A stretch of DNA of 64,000 nucleotides from Chloroflexota bacterium (GTDB lineage Bacteria; Chloroflexota; Anaerolineae; Anaerolineales; UBA4823): NCBI GenBank assembly GCA_040752025.1, contig JBFMFR010000019.1, positions 1-64,000 of the forward strand. Direction: 5' to 3'. The position numbers and the translations under genes were made by a program. The notes beneath the pieces are model-generated. The model saw nothing but the letters and a program-made list of their open reading frames with translations. It was not told the origin of the DNA and did not search any database. Shown in pieces: positions 11,308 through 20,630 of the stretch; within the stretch, counting starts at the first letter, position 1; each line of letters begins with the position of its first letter.

Positions 11308-11988
11308 ATGGCTACCTTACTTGAGAAAGTTTCAACCTTGATCTCGGCAAATCTGCATGCCCTCGTAGACCAGGCGCTTGAGAGCAACAGCCTGGCAGTA
11401 GTCGATCAGTATATTCGCCAGGTAGAGGAACAATTGGAGAACCTGGAAGACGCGGCCACCACCGTGGGCGGAGAAATCCGCTCCCTCAGACGCAAGCTGG
11501 ATGAGCACCAACAAAAAGCGACCGAACTGGATCGTGCCATCGACGCCTTCTTGGTGGAAGGCAACGATACTGCAGCCGCCTCCACCCAAAGCAAGCTCAA
11601 CAGCACTCAGCGTCTGGTAGAAACCTACCAGGCCCAGATCGCCGGTCAGGAAACCGAATACCAGAAGTTGCTGGATGCCAAAGTGAAGCTTGAAGCCCGC
11701 CTGGCAACTATGAAGCAGCAGCGCGACGAACTGCAATCCCTGCTGGAGCTGGCCAAGAGCAAAGAGGTCGTTGTCAAAACCGTCAAGAGCCTGGATGATA
11801 TGATGGGCTCGGGTGACAGTGATGTCAGCCGCATCGCCCAGAGCATCTACAATCGCCTGGACAAAGCCTCCGCTGCTGTTGAATTGCGCTCTACTGGCCT
11901 GGATGAACAGATCGATCGTGTTCTCGAACGCGACGCAATCAACGCTCAATTGGAAGAGCGCAGGAAGCGCCTGGTCAAGAAACAATAA
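11308..11988 (+). CDS. pspA: PspA/IM30 family protein, copy 2
   Basis: 226 aa. N-terminal MATLLEKVSTLISANLHALVDQALE matches the conserved PspA first helix; coiled coil throughout. RBS AAAGGAG. Confidence 0.8.
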   Translation: MATLLEKVSTLISANLHALVDQALESNSLAVVDQYIRQVEEQLENLEDAATTVGGEIRSLRRKLDEHQQKATELDRAIDAFLVEGNDTAAASTQSKLNSTQRLVETYQAQIAGQETEYQKLLDAKVKLEARLATMKQQRDELQSLLELAKSKEVVVKTVKSLDDMMGSGDSDVSRIAQSIYNRLDKASAAVELRSTGLDEQIDRVLERDAINAQLEERRKRLVKKQ

Positions 11989-12032
11989 GCGCCTGGCTGG
12001 CTCGCAGTTCGAGCATAGATTGATACACCTAA

Positions 12033-12080
12033 CCTGAGGCTTCCTCTGAAATAACGAGGAAGCCTCAGGATTTGTTATAA
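12033..12080 (+). terminator. Rho-independent terminator after pspA-2 (14-bp perfect stem, 9-nt loop, T-rich tail)
   Basis: cctgaggcttcctc-tgaaataac-gaggaagcctcagg followed by atttgttataatt. The tail also contains TATAAT, which may serve as the -10 for the next gene. Confidence 0.6.
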
Positions 12081-12119
12081 TTCCCCCGCACACCGAACTC
12101 CGGAACGAAAAGGACATCT

Positions 12120-13760
12120 ATGACCAGAACATCAAAGCCCTGGCAAACGCCCAAAGTCATCTTCAATCCACAAGCCTATCAGGGCATGCAGCGTGGCATC
12201 AATGCCCTGGTGGATGCGGTCCGCCCAACATTGGGGCCGTTTTCTCGCCTGGTAATCAACGATGACGCCATCCGCCAGCACAAGCTCGAGTTCCTGGATA
12301 GCGCTGCTCTCATTGCACGGCGCATTACCCAGATCGAAAATCGCGACGCCGATATGGGTGCCATGTATCTGCGCCAACTGCTCTGGCATTTGCATGAGAC
12401 AACCGGTGACGGCACTGCCGCTGCCGCGGTATTATTCGAATCAGTGTACAACCTCGGCATTCGCTACCTGGTTGCTGGCGGCAACGCTATGCGCCTGCGC
12501 CGTTACCTTGATGAAGGCGCCGGCTTCATCCTGGAGCAGTTCGCAGGACAGACCCAGCAGGTATCTGGGCCAGGCGAACTGGCGCGTCTGGCAGAAACCA
12601 TCTGCTATGACCCACCCCTCAGCCAGGCGCTGGGCCAGGCTTTCGACCTGATCGGCCCTTATGGGCGATTAGAGATCCGTCCAGGGCGCGGTCGAGATAT
12701 CGAACAGGAATATGTTCAGGGTAGTTACTGGGACAGCGGTTTATCCTCGCCATTGCTGGTCACCGATGCCCGCACCCAGCGTGCTGAGCTAGACAACCCT
12801 GCCATCTTGATCAGCGACCTGGAAGTGCAAGAACCCCAAGACCTGATCCCAATCCTGGAGGCAACACTGTCCTCGGGGGCCGAATCTTTGCTGCTGATTG
12901 TAAAGGCGCTCTCCGAAAAAGCGCTCTCCCTGCTGGCCTCACCGGCCAACCGCCAGAGACTGCCCATGACCGCCGTCAAAACGCCCGGGGCAGAGATGAC
13001 TAAACTACACAACCACCTTCAAGATATAGCCATCCTGACTGGCGGTCAATTCCTGACCCAGGCCACTGGCGCCAAACTTGATGCAGTGCGCATCGAGCAT
13101 TTGGGGCGAGCACGCCATGCCTGGGCTAACGATCAGTACTTTGGCATCACCACGGGCAGCGGAGACCCCATATCGATACGCCAGCACACTGCCAGCTTAA
13201 AAGCCGCTTACGAACGCGCCGAGAAAGCCAGCGATCAGAAAGATCTACTGGCGCGCCTGGGCAATCTACTTGGAGGTACAGCAGTTTTGTGGATTGGCGA
13301 CCTGAATCTCACCACGCTTGAGCTGCGCAAAGAAAAAGCATCGCGCACCGCCGACGCGCTGCGCGGCGCCTTGCGGCACGGCCTGCTGCCGGGTGGAGGC
13401 GTGGCGCTGCTGGATTGCCGCCCCGCACTACAGGCGCGCCTGCATGCTGCTGGCGATGCGGATGAACGCGCCGCTTATCACATCCTCCTCCAGGCGGTTG
13501 AGGCCCCTTTCCGCACCCTGCTCCATAATGCCGGTTTCAATCCCAGTGAGATTTTTGCACAATTACCCCAATCTGAGCCAGGCTACGGCTTCGATGTCAC
13601 CCGCCAGCGTACGGTGAATATGAGCCAGGCTGGCATCCTCGACTCTGCTGCCGTAATCCGTGCTGCTACCTGGGGTGCAATCCACAGCGCAGCCCTGGCG
13701 CTCACCGTGGATGTACTCGTGCACAAGGCTAACCCCCTGGATTCCTCACATGCCCCGTAA
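12120..13760 (+). CDS. Divergent group I chaperonin (Cpn60/GroEL-family) paralog
   Basis: 546 aa. Retains the GroEL signatures GDGTAAAAVL (GDGTTTATVL), LLPGGGVALL (VVAGGGVALI) and AVKTPGAE...LQDIAILTGG ([24 protein letters not shown]), but is otherwise highly divergent, lacks the C-terminal GGM tail, and has no adjacent groES. Confidence 0.7.
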   Translation: MTRTSKPWQTPKVIFNPQAYQGMQRGINALVDAVRPTLGPFSRLVINDDAIRQHKLEFLDSAALIARRITQIENRDADMGAMYLRQLLWHLHETTGDGTAAAAVLFESVYNLGIRYLVAGGNAMRLRRYLDEGAGFILEQFAGQTQQVSGPGELARLAETICYDPPLSQALGQAFDLIGPYGRLEIRPGRGRDIEQEYVQGSYWDSGLSSPLLVTDARTQRAELDNPAILISDLEVQEPQDLIPILEATLSSGAESLLLIVKALSEKALSLLASPANRQRLPMTAVKTPGAEMTKLHNHLQDIAILTGGQFLTQATGAKLDAVRIEHLGRARHAWANDQYFGITTGSGDPISIRQHTASLKAAYERAEKASDQKDLLARLGNLLGGTAVLWIGDLNLTTLELRKEKASRTADALRGALRHGLLPGGGVALLDCRPALQARLHAAGDADERAAYHILLQAVEAPFRTLLHNAGFNPSEIFAQLPQSEPGYGFDVTRQRTVNMSQAGILDSAAVIRAATWGAIHSAALALTVDVLVHKANPLDSSHAP

Positions 13761-13774
13761 ACCCAGATACCAAC

Positions 13775-14749
13775 ATGACAACAAATAAAAATGCTATTGA
13801 AGACACACTTGGAGACTCCCACACTGTGGATATCGTATATCAAATCGTAACCAGCCCCTCAGGATGGTACGCTGCCCGCAATTCCGGCTTGTATTTTTCG
13901 ATAAATCAAGGGCAGTCCTGGCAATCTGCCTACGCCTCACTCAATCTCTCGGAACCGCTGCCGACCCTCGCTCTGGCAGTTCCACCTGCCCAAGAGCAAT
14001 CGCCCATCGTATTTGCCGGCCTGGACGGCGGGTTACTTCGCTCGTTACATGGCGTCGACCAGTGGGAATCTTTACCGTTGCCCTCCCCCTTGCCCACCTT
14101 TACCGCCTTGGTATCTTCCCCCGAGTTCGAAAAGGATGGCCTATTGTTCGCCGGGACCATGCAAGACGGTGTGCTGATATTCACCAATCCAGGCCCGAGT
14201 TGGGCTGCCTGGAATTTCGGCCTTCAAGATGCGAACATGCTCTGCCTGGCTTGTTCGCCTGATTTCGCCAGGGATCAGATGCTCCTGGCAGGTGTGCAAA
14301 GCGGCCTGTTCCGCAGCACAAACGCTGGGCGCTCCTGGCAAGAAATCGATCTTCCAGTAGGTTATGTCCCTGTCCTCTGTATTGCCTGCTCGCCAGACTT
14401 TGCTCAAGACGGTGTGATTTTTACCGGAACTGAAACGCAAGGCTTATTACGCTCGAGCGATGGTGGGCAGACCTGGCATCAGTTGCTACAGGAACCCCTT
14501 GCTGCCGATCAGCCTTTGAACGCCATTTTACTGGGCAGGGACTATCCGGCAAAACCGGAAATCCTCATCCTATATGGCAGCAGCCTGCTGTATTCGCCGG
14601 ATGATGGCCTCACCTGGCAGCCTTGGTTAGCGGGCGAACTAAACGGACAGGAGGTTACAGCCTGTGCGGCTCCGCAAGGCTTTAGCGCGAACGCCCCGAT
14701 CATCGTTGGCCTGGCAGGTGGCGAAATTCGCCTGCTTTCCCCGGTGTAA
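13775..14749 (+). CDS. BNR/Asp-box repeat beta-propeller protein (Ycf48-like / sialidase-like fold)
   Basis: Repeated S-x-D/N-x-G-x-S/T-W motifs (INQGQSWQSA, STNAGRSWQEI, SSDGGQTWHQL, SPDDGLTWQPW). Confidence 0.5.
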   Translation: MTTNKNAIEDTLGDSHTVDIVYQIVTSPSGWYAARNSGLYFSINQGQSWQSAYASLNLSEPLPTLALAVPPAQEQSPIVFAGLDGGLLRSLHGVDQWESLPLPSPLPTFTALVSSPEFEKDGLLFAGTMQDGVLIFTNPGPSWAAWNFGLQDANMLCLACSPDFARDQMLLAGVQSGLFRSTNAGRSWQEIDLPVGYVPVLCIACSPDFAQDGVIFTGTETQGLLRSSDGGQTWHQLLQEPLAADQPLNAILLGRDYPAKPEILILYGSSLLYSPDDGLTWQPWLAGELNGQEVTACAAPQGFSANAPIIVGLAGGEIRLLSPV

Positions 14750-14787
14750 GCAAGTTCTCATTTCAATACCCACTCGGAGACTTCAAA

Positions 14788-16107
14788 ATGACGATCTATC
14801 GTTTCCCCCCTAAATTTCTTTGGGGAGCCGCTACCGCGGCTTACCAAATCGAAGGCGCCTGGAACGCAGACGGCAAAGGCGAATCTATCTGGGATCGCTT
14901 CAGCCATACCCCAGGCCGCATCTACAACGGTGACACGGGTGATATCGCCTGCGACCACTACCACCTCTACCAACAAGATATCGCGCTCATGCGTAGCCTG
15001 GGCTTGAAAGCATACCGGTTTTCGATCTCCTGGCCGCGTGTCCTCCCTGCCGGGCGTGGAGCGATCAACCCGGCCGGGCTGGACTTCTATGACCGCCTGG
15101 TCGACAGCTTGCTATCTGCCAACATTGAACCCTTTGCCACACTTTATCATTGGGATCTACCCCAGGCTCTGCACGAACAGGGCGGCTGGCCCGAACGGAA
15201 CACCGCTTACGCTTTCGCCGATTATGCCGCGCTGATGGTGCGTCGTCTGGGCGATCGCATCCAGCATTGGGCAACTTTCAACGAGCCCAGCGTAGTAGCT
15301 ATCGATGGTTACCTCAGGGGCGAACATGCCCCTGGCTTAAAAGACGAAAAAACAGCCCTGCAAGTATCCCATAACCTTCTAGTCGCACACGGTCTGGCCG
15401 CCCAGGCCATCCGCAGCATCAACCCCAAACTGGAAGTTGGCATCGTGATCAATCTCTGGCCTGCCGATCCAGCCAGCAGCTCACCTGACGATGTTAACGC
15501 CGCTGAACTGGCCTGGCAGTTGAGTCAGACCTGGTACCTGGGTCCTTTGTTCCGCGCCTGCTATCCACTGGCAGCCTGGAACGCAGCCGGCGCTAACGCT
15601 CCGGTCGTTCAGGCTGGTGATCTGGCGCTCATCGCTCAACGCCTGGATTTCCTTGGGGTCAATTACTATTCACGCAACCTGGTCAGCGCCGCTGGCCAGA
15701 TTACCCCGGTGAGCGGCTCCGAATATACCGAAATGGGCTGGGAAGTGCACGCCCCCGCCTTGCGCAGGCTGCTGGTGCGCCTGAAGAATGACTACCCCGT
15801 ACCACCTATCTATATCACAGAAAACGGCGCTGCCTTCGCCGATCACCTGACTCCAGAAGGCCAGGTTCACGACCCGCGCCGGCTGAGCTACCTGCGCGAA
15901 CATTTCATCCAGACCCATCTGGCAATGCAAGACGGTGTGGATGTGCGCGGTTACTTCGTCTGGTCACTGTTCGACAACTTCGAATGGGCCCATGGCTATT
16001 CGAAACGTTTCGGCCTTTATTATGTTGATTACGCCACCCAGCAGCGTATCCTCAAAGACAGCGGCAAATGGTATTCCAGTGTAATTAGCAGCAGCACGGT
16101 CGAATAG
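14788..16107 (+). CDS. Beta-glucosidase, glycoside hydrolase family 1
   Basis: FLWGAATAAYQIEGA N-terminal signature, acid/base NEP, nucleophile ITENGAA, C-terminal FVWSLFDNFEWAHGY. 439 aa. Confidence 0.9.
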   Translation: MTIYRFPPKFLWGAATAAYQIEGAWNADGKGESIWDRFSHTPGRIYNGDTGDIACDHYHLYQQDIALMRSLGLKAYRFSISWPRVLPAGRGAINPAGLDFYDRLVDSLLSANIEPFATLYHWDLPQALHEQGGWPERNTAYAFADYAALMVRRLGDRIQHWATFNEPSVVAIDGYLRGEHAPGLKDEKTALQVSHNLLVAHGLAAQAIRSINPKLEVGIVINLWPADPASSSPDDVNAAELAWQLSQTWYLGPLFRACYPLAAWNAAGANAPVVQAGDLALIAQRLDFLGVNYYSRNLVSAAGQITPVSGSEYTEMGWEVHAPALRRLLVRLKNDYPVPPIYITENGAAFADHLTPEGQVHDPRRLSYLREHFIQTHLAMQDGVDVRGYFVWSLFDNFEWAHGYSKRFGLYYVDYATQQRILKDSGKWYSSVISSSTVE

Positions 16108-16123
16108 CCTGTAAGCCCCACAG

Positions 16124-16152
16124 CCCCTCTCAACGCCGCCCGTTGAGAGGGG
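16124..16152. terminator. Bidirectional hairpin terminator between the convergent bgl and esterase genes (12-bp perfect stem, loop ccgcc)
   Basis: cccctctcaacg-ccgcc-cgttgagagggg seen in sequence in the 53-nt gap between convergent stop codons. Confidence 0.55.
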
Positions 16153-16160
16153 CTGAAATG

Positions 16161-17132
16161 TCAACCCCACAACTGCTTCAAAAAACGCATCTGCTCGACC
16201 ACCTGGTAAGAGTCGCCGCCTTCGTGGTGGTTATAAGGATAGACACGAATCTGTTTCGGCCCGGCGAAATGGTTGTAAGCAGCAAAAACCGTAGAAGGTG
16301 GGCAAATCTCGTCCATCAGCCCAACCGAAAAAAGTGCCTGGGCCCTGGCCCGCGCCGCAAAATTCACTCCGTCAAAATAAGATAACGTCTGGAAAACCGT
16401 TTCGATCTTATCGCGGTGGACCTCGCAGAATTTACCGATCTCGCGGTACGGATGCGCGTCTGTGATTTCAGTCGCCCGGCGGTAGTGGCACAAAAATGGC
16501 ACATCTGGCATCGTTGCCTGCACCTGCAAATCCAACCCGCTTACAATCAGCGCCAGCCCGCCTCCCTGGCTGCCCCCCGTCACAACGATCCGCTCGGCAT
16601 CCACCGCCGGGTGCTCCCTGGCAGCCTCCACCGCCCGCACGGCATCCGTGATCAATCGCTGGTAGTAATACATCTCCGGCTTGAGCACGCCGCGTGTCAT
16701 GAAACCCGGGTGCTGCGGTGAAGAGCCCTCCGGCTCTACATCCGGTGTATCGCCTTGCTGCCAGGCGCTGCCCTGCCCGCGCGTATCCATGACGAAATTA
16801 GCGTAACCGGCTGCTGACCAGGTCAACCAGTCCAGCGGGAAACCGCGCCCGCCGCCATACCCGATATACTGCACTACGCAAGGCAAATGCCCGGATTGCC
16901 CCTTGGGCAGCAGCAGCCAGCCTTTGATCGGCTGCCCGCCATAACCATTGAAAGTCACATCAAAAGCTTCGACTGTTTGCAAACCGGCCTCGACAAATTC
17001 GAAGGTTGCATTCAGAGGAAAACCACGCGCCTCAGCCAGAGTTCGCTGCCAAAACGCATCGAAGTCCGCTGGCTCCTGTCGCTTTGGTGTATAAACTTTC
17101 AATTCGTCCAGGCTAAGATCGAATATCGCCAT
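16161..17132 (-). CDS. Carbohydrate esterase family 7 acetyl xylan esterase / cephalosporin-C deacetylase
   Basis: [17 protein letters not shown]-terminus typical of the AXE1/CAH family. Nucleophile elbow [10 protein letters not shown]. 323 aa. Confidence 0.85.
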   Translation of the reverse strand: MAIFDLSLDELKVYTPKRQEPADFDAFWQRTLAEARGFPLNATFEFVEAGLQTVEAFDVTFNGYGGQPIKGWLLLPKGQSGHLPCVVQYIGYGGGRGFPLDWLTWSAAGYANFVMDTRGQGSAWQQGDTPDVEPEGSSPQHPGFMTRGVLKPEMYYYQRLITDAVRAVEAAREHPAVDAERIVVTGGSQGGGLALIVSGLDLQVQATMPDVPFLCHYRRATEITDAHPYREIGKFCEVHRDKIETVFQTLSYFDGVNFAARARAQALFSVGLMDEICPPSTVFAAYNHFAGPKQIRVYPYNHHEGGDSYQVVEQMRFLKQLWG

Positions 17133-17211
17133 TTCTCACTCTCCGTATAAAATAAATACCCAACCCGAAAGCTTAGCCGGCCTCCAGGTTGGGCAAATCT
17201 CAACTCATCCT

Positions 17212-18342
17212 TTATCCCAGCAGTCGCTCCAGAGCCGCCAGCAGCAAGACCACGTTCTCGGGTCGGGATGAATATCCCATCAAACCCACCCGGATCACCT
17301 TGCCTTTCAACTCTCCCAAGCCGCCGCCCACCTCGATATTGTATTCTTTTAGCAAACGTCCTCGCAGTTGCGCATCGTCCACTCCCGATGGCACGCGCAC
17401 CGTCGTCAGAGTCGGCAAACGATACTCCAAAGGCACGTGTGCGGTCAGATCCAGGGCTTGCAACCCATCCCACAGCAGTTCGGCGTTCTGGCGATGGCGT
17501 GCCCAGCGCGTCTCCAATCCCTCCTCTGCTATGATCCTCAGCGCTTCATATAGCGCGTAATAACTAGAAATTGAAGCGGTGTGGTGATAGGCGCGCTCGC
17601 TGCCCCAGTACTTTCGCAGCAAACTTAAGTCCAGATACCAGTTAGCCACCGGCGACTTGCGCCCTTCCAGCTTCTCAACCGCTCGTGGCCCCAAGGTGAT
17701 CGGGCTGGCCCCAGGAGGCCCGCCCAGGCACTTCTGCACCCCGCTGTAGCACACATCGATATCCCTGGCTCCCACCTTCACCGGCAGCCCGCCCAACGAA
17801 GTAACTGCGTCCACGATAACCAAAGCACCATGCCGGTGTGCCACTTGGACAATCTCATCCAGCGGCTGCAAAACGCCGGTGGAGGTTTCTGCATGCACAA
17901 TCGCCACCAGCTTTGCCGGGCGCGCTTTTAAGGCAGCCTCCACTTCCTCTGGTGTGAATATCTCCCCCCACGGACGCTGGATGATTTCCACTTCCCCGCC
18001 ATAGCGGCGCGCCATTTCTGCAATCCGCAGGCTGAAGAAGCCCTTCACGCACACCAGCACGCGGTCGCCCGGCTCTACCATATTGGCAACTGCCGTCTCC
18101 ATTGCCGCCGTGCCCGTGCCCGAAACAGCCAGCGTCAGCGGGTTATCCGTCTCGAACGCGTAGCGCAGCAGCTCTTGGATGCGCGACATTAATTCCAGGA
18201 AACTGGGATCCAGGTGGCCAACCAGAGGCGTGGCCATCGATTGCAGAATACGTGGATCTGCCATACTGGGCCCCGGCCCGAGCAGCACCCGGGGCGGCAT
18301 CTGTAACTGTGGAAATTTCGTCATATCGATTTGATTATCCAT
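17212..18342 (-). CDS. Class V pyridoxal-phosphate aminotransferase (alanine/serine--glyoxylate aminotransferase family)
   Basis: AGXT-family profile: LLGPGPS N-terminus, PLP-lysine context SGVQKCLGGPPG. 376 aa. Confidence 0.8.
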   Translation of the reverse strand: MDNQIDMTKFPQLQMPPRVLLGPGPSMADPRILQSMATPLVGHLDPSFLELMSRIQELLRYAFETDNPLTLAVSGTGTAAMETAVANMVEPGDRVLVCVKGFFSLRIAEMARRYGGEVEIIQRPWGEIFTPEEVEAALKARPAKLVAIVHAETSTGVLQPLDEIVQVAHRHGALVIVDAVTSLGGLPVKVGARDIDVCYSGVQKCLGGPPGASPITLGPRAVEKLEGRKSPVANWYLDLSLLRKYWGSERAYHHTASISSYYALYEALRIIAEEGLETRWARHRQNAELLWDGLQALDLTAHVPLEYRLPTLTTVRVPSGVDDAQLRGRLLKEYNIEVGGGLGELKGKVIRVGLMGYSSRPENVVLLLAALERLLG

Positions 18343-18526
18343 TGTGTCTCCGTTCTATAGAATTATCCAGCAAAATGTGCCAGGACGAAAACGGTCGCGC
18401 CACAATACACGCGGCTCATCCGCCTCTTGCTGCCTGAATCAAACCGGTCTTCTGGTGAACCTTGCAAACGAACATATCTTCACATACTTTAACCTGCCTG
18501 CTATGATCGGCACTTCACAAGGTGCC

Positions 18527-19087
18527 TTACCCACCCACAATGCTGATGGTCACATAGGTTCCATCGAACAGGAAATCCACCTCGATTTCAACAGTAGCCT
18601 TACGCCCTTCTTTTTGGAAAACCAGCTTGGCCATCTCGTTAGGCAAATCGACCTTGGATTCGGCTTCCACCTTTATCCACCCGTTCACAGGCATCTCGCG
18701 CTCGTAGAAATCCACCGCGGCCTTGATTTCTGCCTCTACCCCATATTCAACGGAAGTCGGGGAAGTGAAATCCATCTTTGCTCCCGGCATCACCGGGATA
18801 TCCGCCGGCTTCTCTCCCATCGGCTCTTCGGTCTCGTCGAAGAATGGGATGCCCGTTTCATCGAGAAATGGGATATCGGTAAACTCAGCCGCCATGGTAT
18901 CGATCATTCCTTCACCGCCCATATCCGTTATCAGCGCATCGACCTCAGTTCCGATGCTTTCCATCTCGGTCTCGATACCTTTCTCTATCTGGCGCTCGAC
19001 GACCCCCGAGAGCATACTGCAGCCCAGGGCGATTACAACCAGGATAGAGATCAGCCAAAGATATTGAAAGAGTTTCTTGCTGTGCAT
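18527..19087 (-). CDS. Hypothetical acidic lipoprotein
   Basis: Signal peptide plus lipobox (LGCSM); Glu/Asp-rich. No recognisable domain. Confidence 0.45.
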   Translation of the reverse strand: MHSKKLFQYLWLISILVVIALGCSMLSGVVERQIEKGIETEMESIGTEVDALITDMGGEGMIDTMAAEFTDIPFLDETGIPFFDETEEPMGEKPADIPVMPGAKMDFTSPTSVEYGVEAEIKAAVDFYEREMPVNGWIKVEAESKVDLPNEMAKLVFQKEGRKATVEIEVDFLFDGTYVTISIVGG

Positions 19088-19168
19088 AGTTCCTCCAAAA
19101 ACCTTGCTTCACTAAACTTGTTCAGAAAAACCGACTAACCTTCCATACCGCTAAATTAATTTGCTAAT

Positions 19169-19413
19169 ATCAAACCAGGATGACCTTAGCCAGCGCTTCC
19201 AGGCCAGCTAAATCATCCAAATCCAGCCATTGCAGCATTACCCGCTGCGCGCCAGCTTCCCCCAACAACGCAATCTGTTCTCCGATTTCCACCGCATCCC
19301 CAACCAAAATCCCTTCCTTCCGCACCCAAATCTTCTACCGCCCGGGCAATGCGCTGCCAGCGCTCCCAATTCAGGCCATTCTGCCCTTCGATCATGAGCG
19401 CAATTTCAATCAT
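19169..19413 (-). pseudogene. Remnant of an LLM-class (luciferase-like) flavin/F420-dependent oxidoreductase: N-terminal 30 aa plus frameshifted C-terminal 46 aa, with the core deleted
   Basis: Reverse translation gives [31 protein letters not shown] (typical LLM N-terminus). A different frame then gives ILVGDAVEIGEQIALLGEAGAQRVMLQWLDLDDLAGLEALAKVILV-stop (typical LLM C-terminus). Only about 245 nt in total. Confidence 0.5.
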
Positions 19414-20428
19414 AATGCTGGACAAACTCCTCAGCTTTTTGAACAAGTTCGAGATTGCCAATAAACAGTGGCGTGCGCTGGTGCAAACCCTTCGGAACGA
19501 TCTCGGAGATCGGCCTTCTGCCATCCGATGCCCTGCCCCCCGCTTGTTCGGCCAGGAAAGCCAGCGGCGCAGCCTCATACAGCAGTCGCAGCTTGCCCTC
19601 CGGCTTCTTGGTTTCGGCCGGATAATAAAACACGCCGCCTGCCAGTAGATTGCGATGGAAATCCGCCACCAGCGAACCCACGTAACGCAACGAGAGCGGC
19701 GTCTCGATTTTCCCATCTAGTCCCTGTAAGTAATCGGTGTAACGTCGCACACCCTCCGACCAATTCCGGCGATACCCCAGGTTTACGCTGAAGTAAGTGG
19801 GTGCGTCTGGAATGCGAATGCGGTCGTGGGACAGCAGAAATTCGCCTACAGTAGGATCCAGCGTAAAACCGTGTACGCCATCTCCAGTGGTGTAAACCAG
19901 CATGGTACTCATCCCGTAAATAATATACCCCGCTGCCACCAAACGGTTTCCTGGCTGCAAACAATCAACCAGCTTACCGCGCCCGGAACGCGTCACCCGC
20001 TTGTAGATTGAAAAGATCGTCCCAACCGGGATATTGAAATCGATGTTCGAAGAACCATCCAGAGGGTCGAATAGCAATACATATTTGCCCTTGGGATATC
20101 GTTCGGGGATCGGCAGCAAGCCCTCATGCTCTTCGGAGGCCATTGCTGCCAGCCGTCCGGTATGATCATTCAATCGGTAGATCGTCAGGTCTGCCAGTCG
20201 ATCCAGCTTCTGAACCACTTCTCCCTGGATGTTGATTTCCCCTGTACGCCCCAGGATTTCTGCCAGTCCAGCGCGTGTGGTTTTGCTGGCAATTACTTTC
20301 CCCGCTAAAGCAATGTCATAGAGAAGCTGCGTTAGCACACCTGTAGCCTCCGGGTGATGACGTTGCTCTTCCAGGATATGGCGTTCAATCGTTATGATTG
20401 GTACATGCCCTTGATCATCAGCAACCAT
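19406..20428 (-). CDS. fbp: Fructose-1,6-bisphosphatase class I
   Basis: 340 aa. Motifs [10 protein letters not shown] and [21 protein letters not shown] are characteristic of FBPase class 1. Confidence 0.9.
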   Translation of the reverse strand: MVADDQGHVPIITIERHILEEQRHHPEATGVLTQLLYDIALAGKVIASKTTRAGLAEILGRTGEINIQGEVVQKLDRLADLTIYRLNDHTGRLAAMASEEHEGLLPIPERYPKGKYVLLFDPLDGSSNIDFNIPVGTIFSIYKRVTRSGRGKLVDCLQPGNRLVAAGYIIYGMSTMLVYTTGDGVHGFTLDPTVGEFLLSHDRIRIPDAPTYFSVNLGYRRNWSEGVRRYTDYLQGLDGKIETPLSLRYVGSLVADFHRNLLAGGVFYYPAETKKPEGKLRLLYEAAPLAFLAEQAGGRASDGRRPISEIVPKGLHQRTPLFIGNLELVQKAEEFVQHYD

Positions 20429-20630
20429 GCTATTCCCTTTTCAGAAGATGAATGTTAGAGGTCTCGTCCGGGTATCGGTGTTTGTGCCTTGCTCTAGCAC
20501 CCATTATACAGGATTATTGGGCCTCTGGTGCGCAGCCGCGCTTCAATCTCATCCAAATCTCATTGACGAGTTTCTAAAAATGAAGTAAGCTAAACTCCAG
20601 TAAAAATTACCCAAAATAAATCCAATAACC

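Noticed and set aside
19213-19716. 167-aa minus ORF overlapping the fbp 3' region
   Set aside because: Only its first about 70 codons (the LLM remnant) show homology; the rest is an out-of-frame read through fbp.
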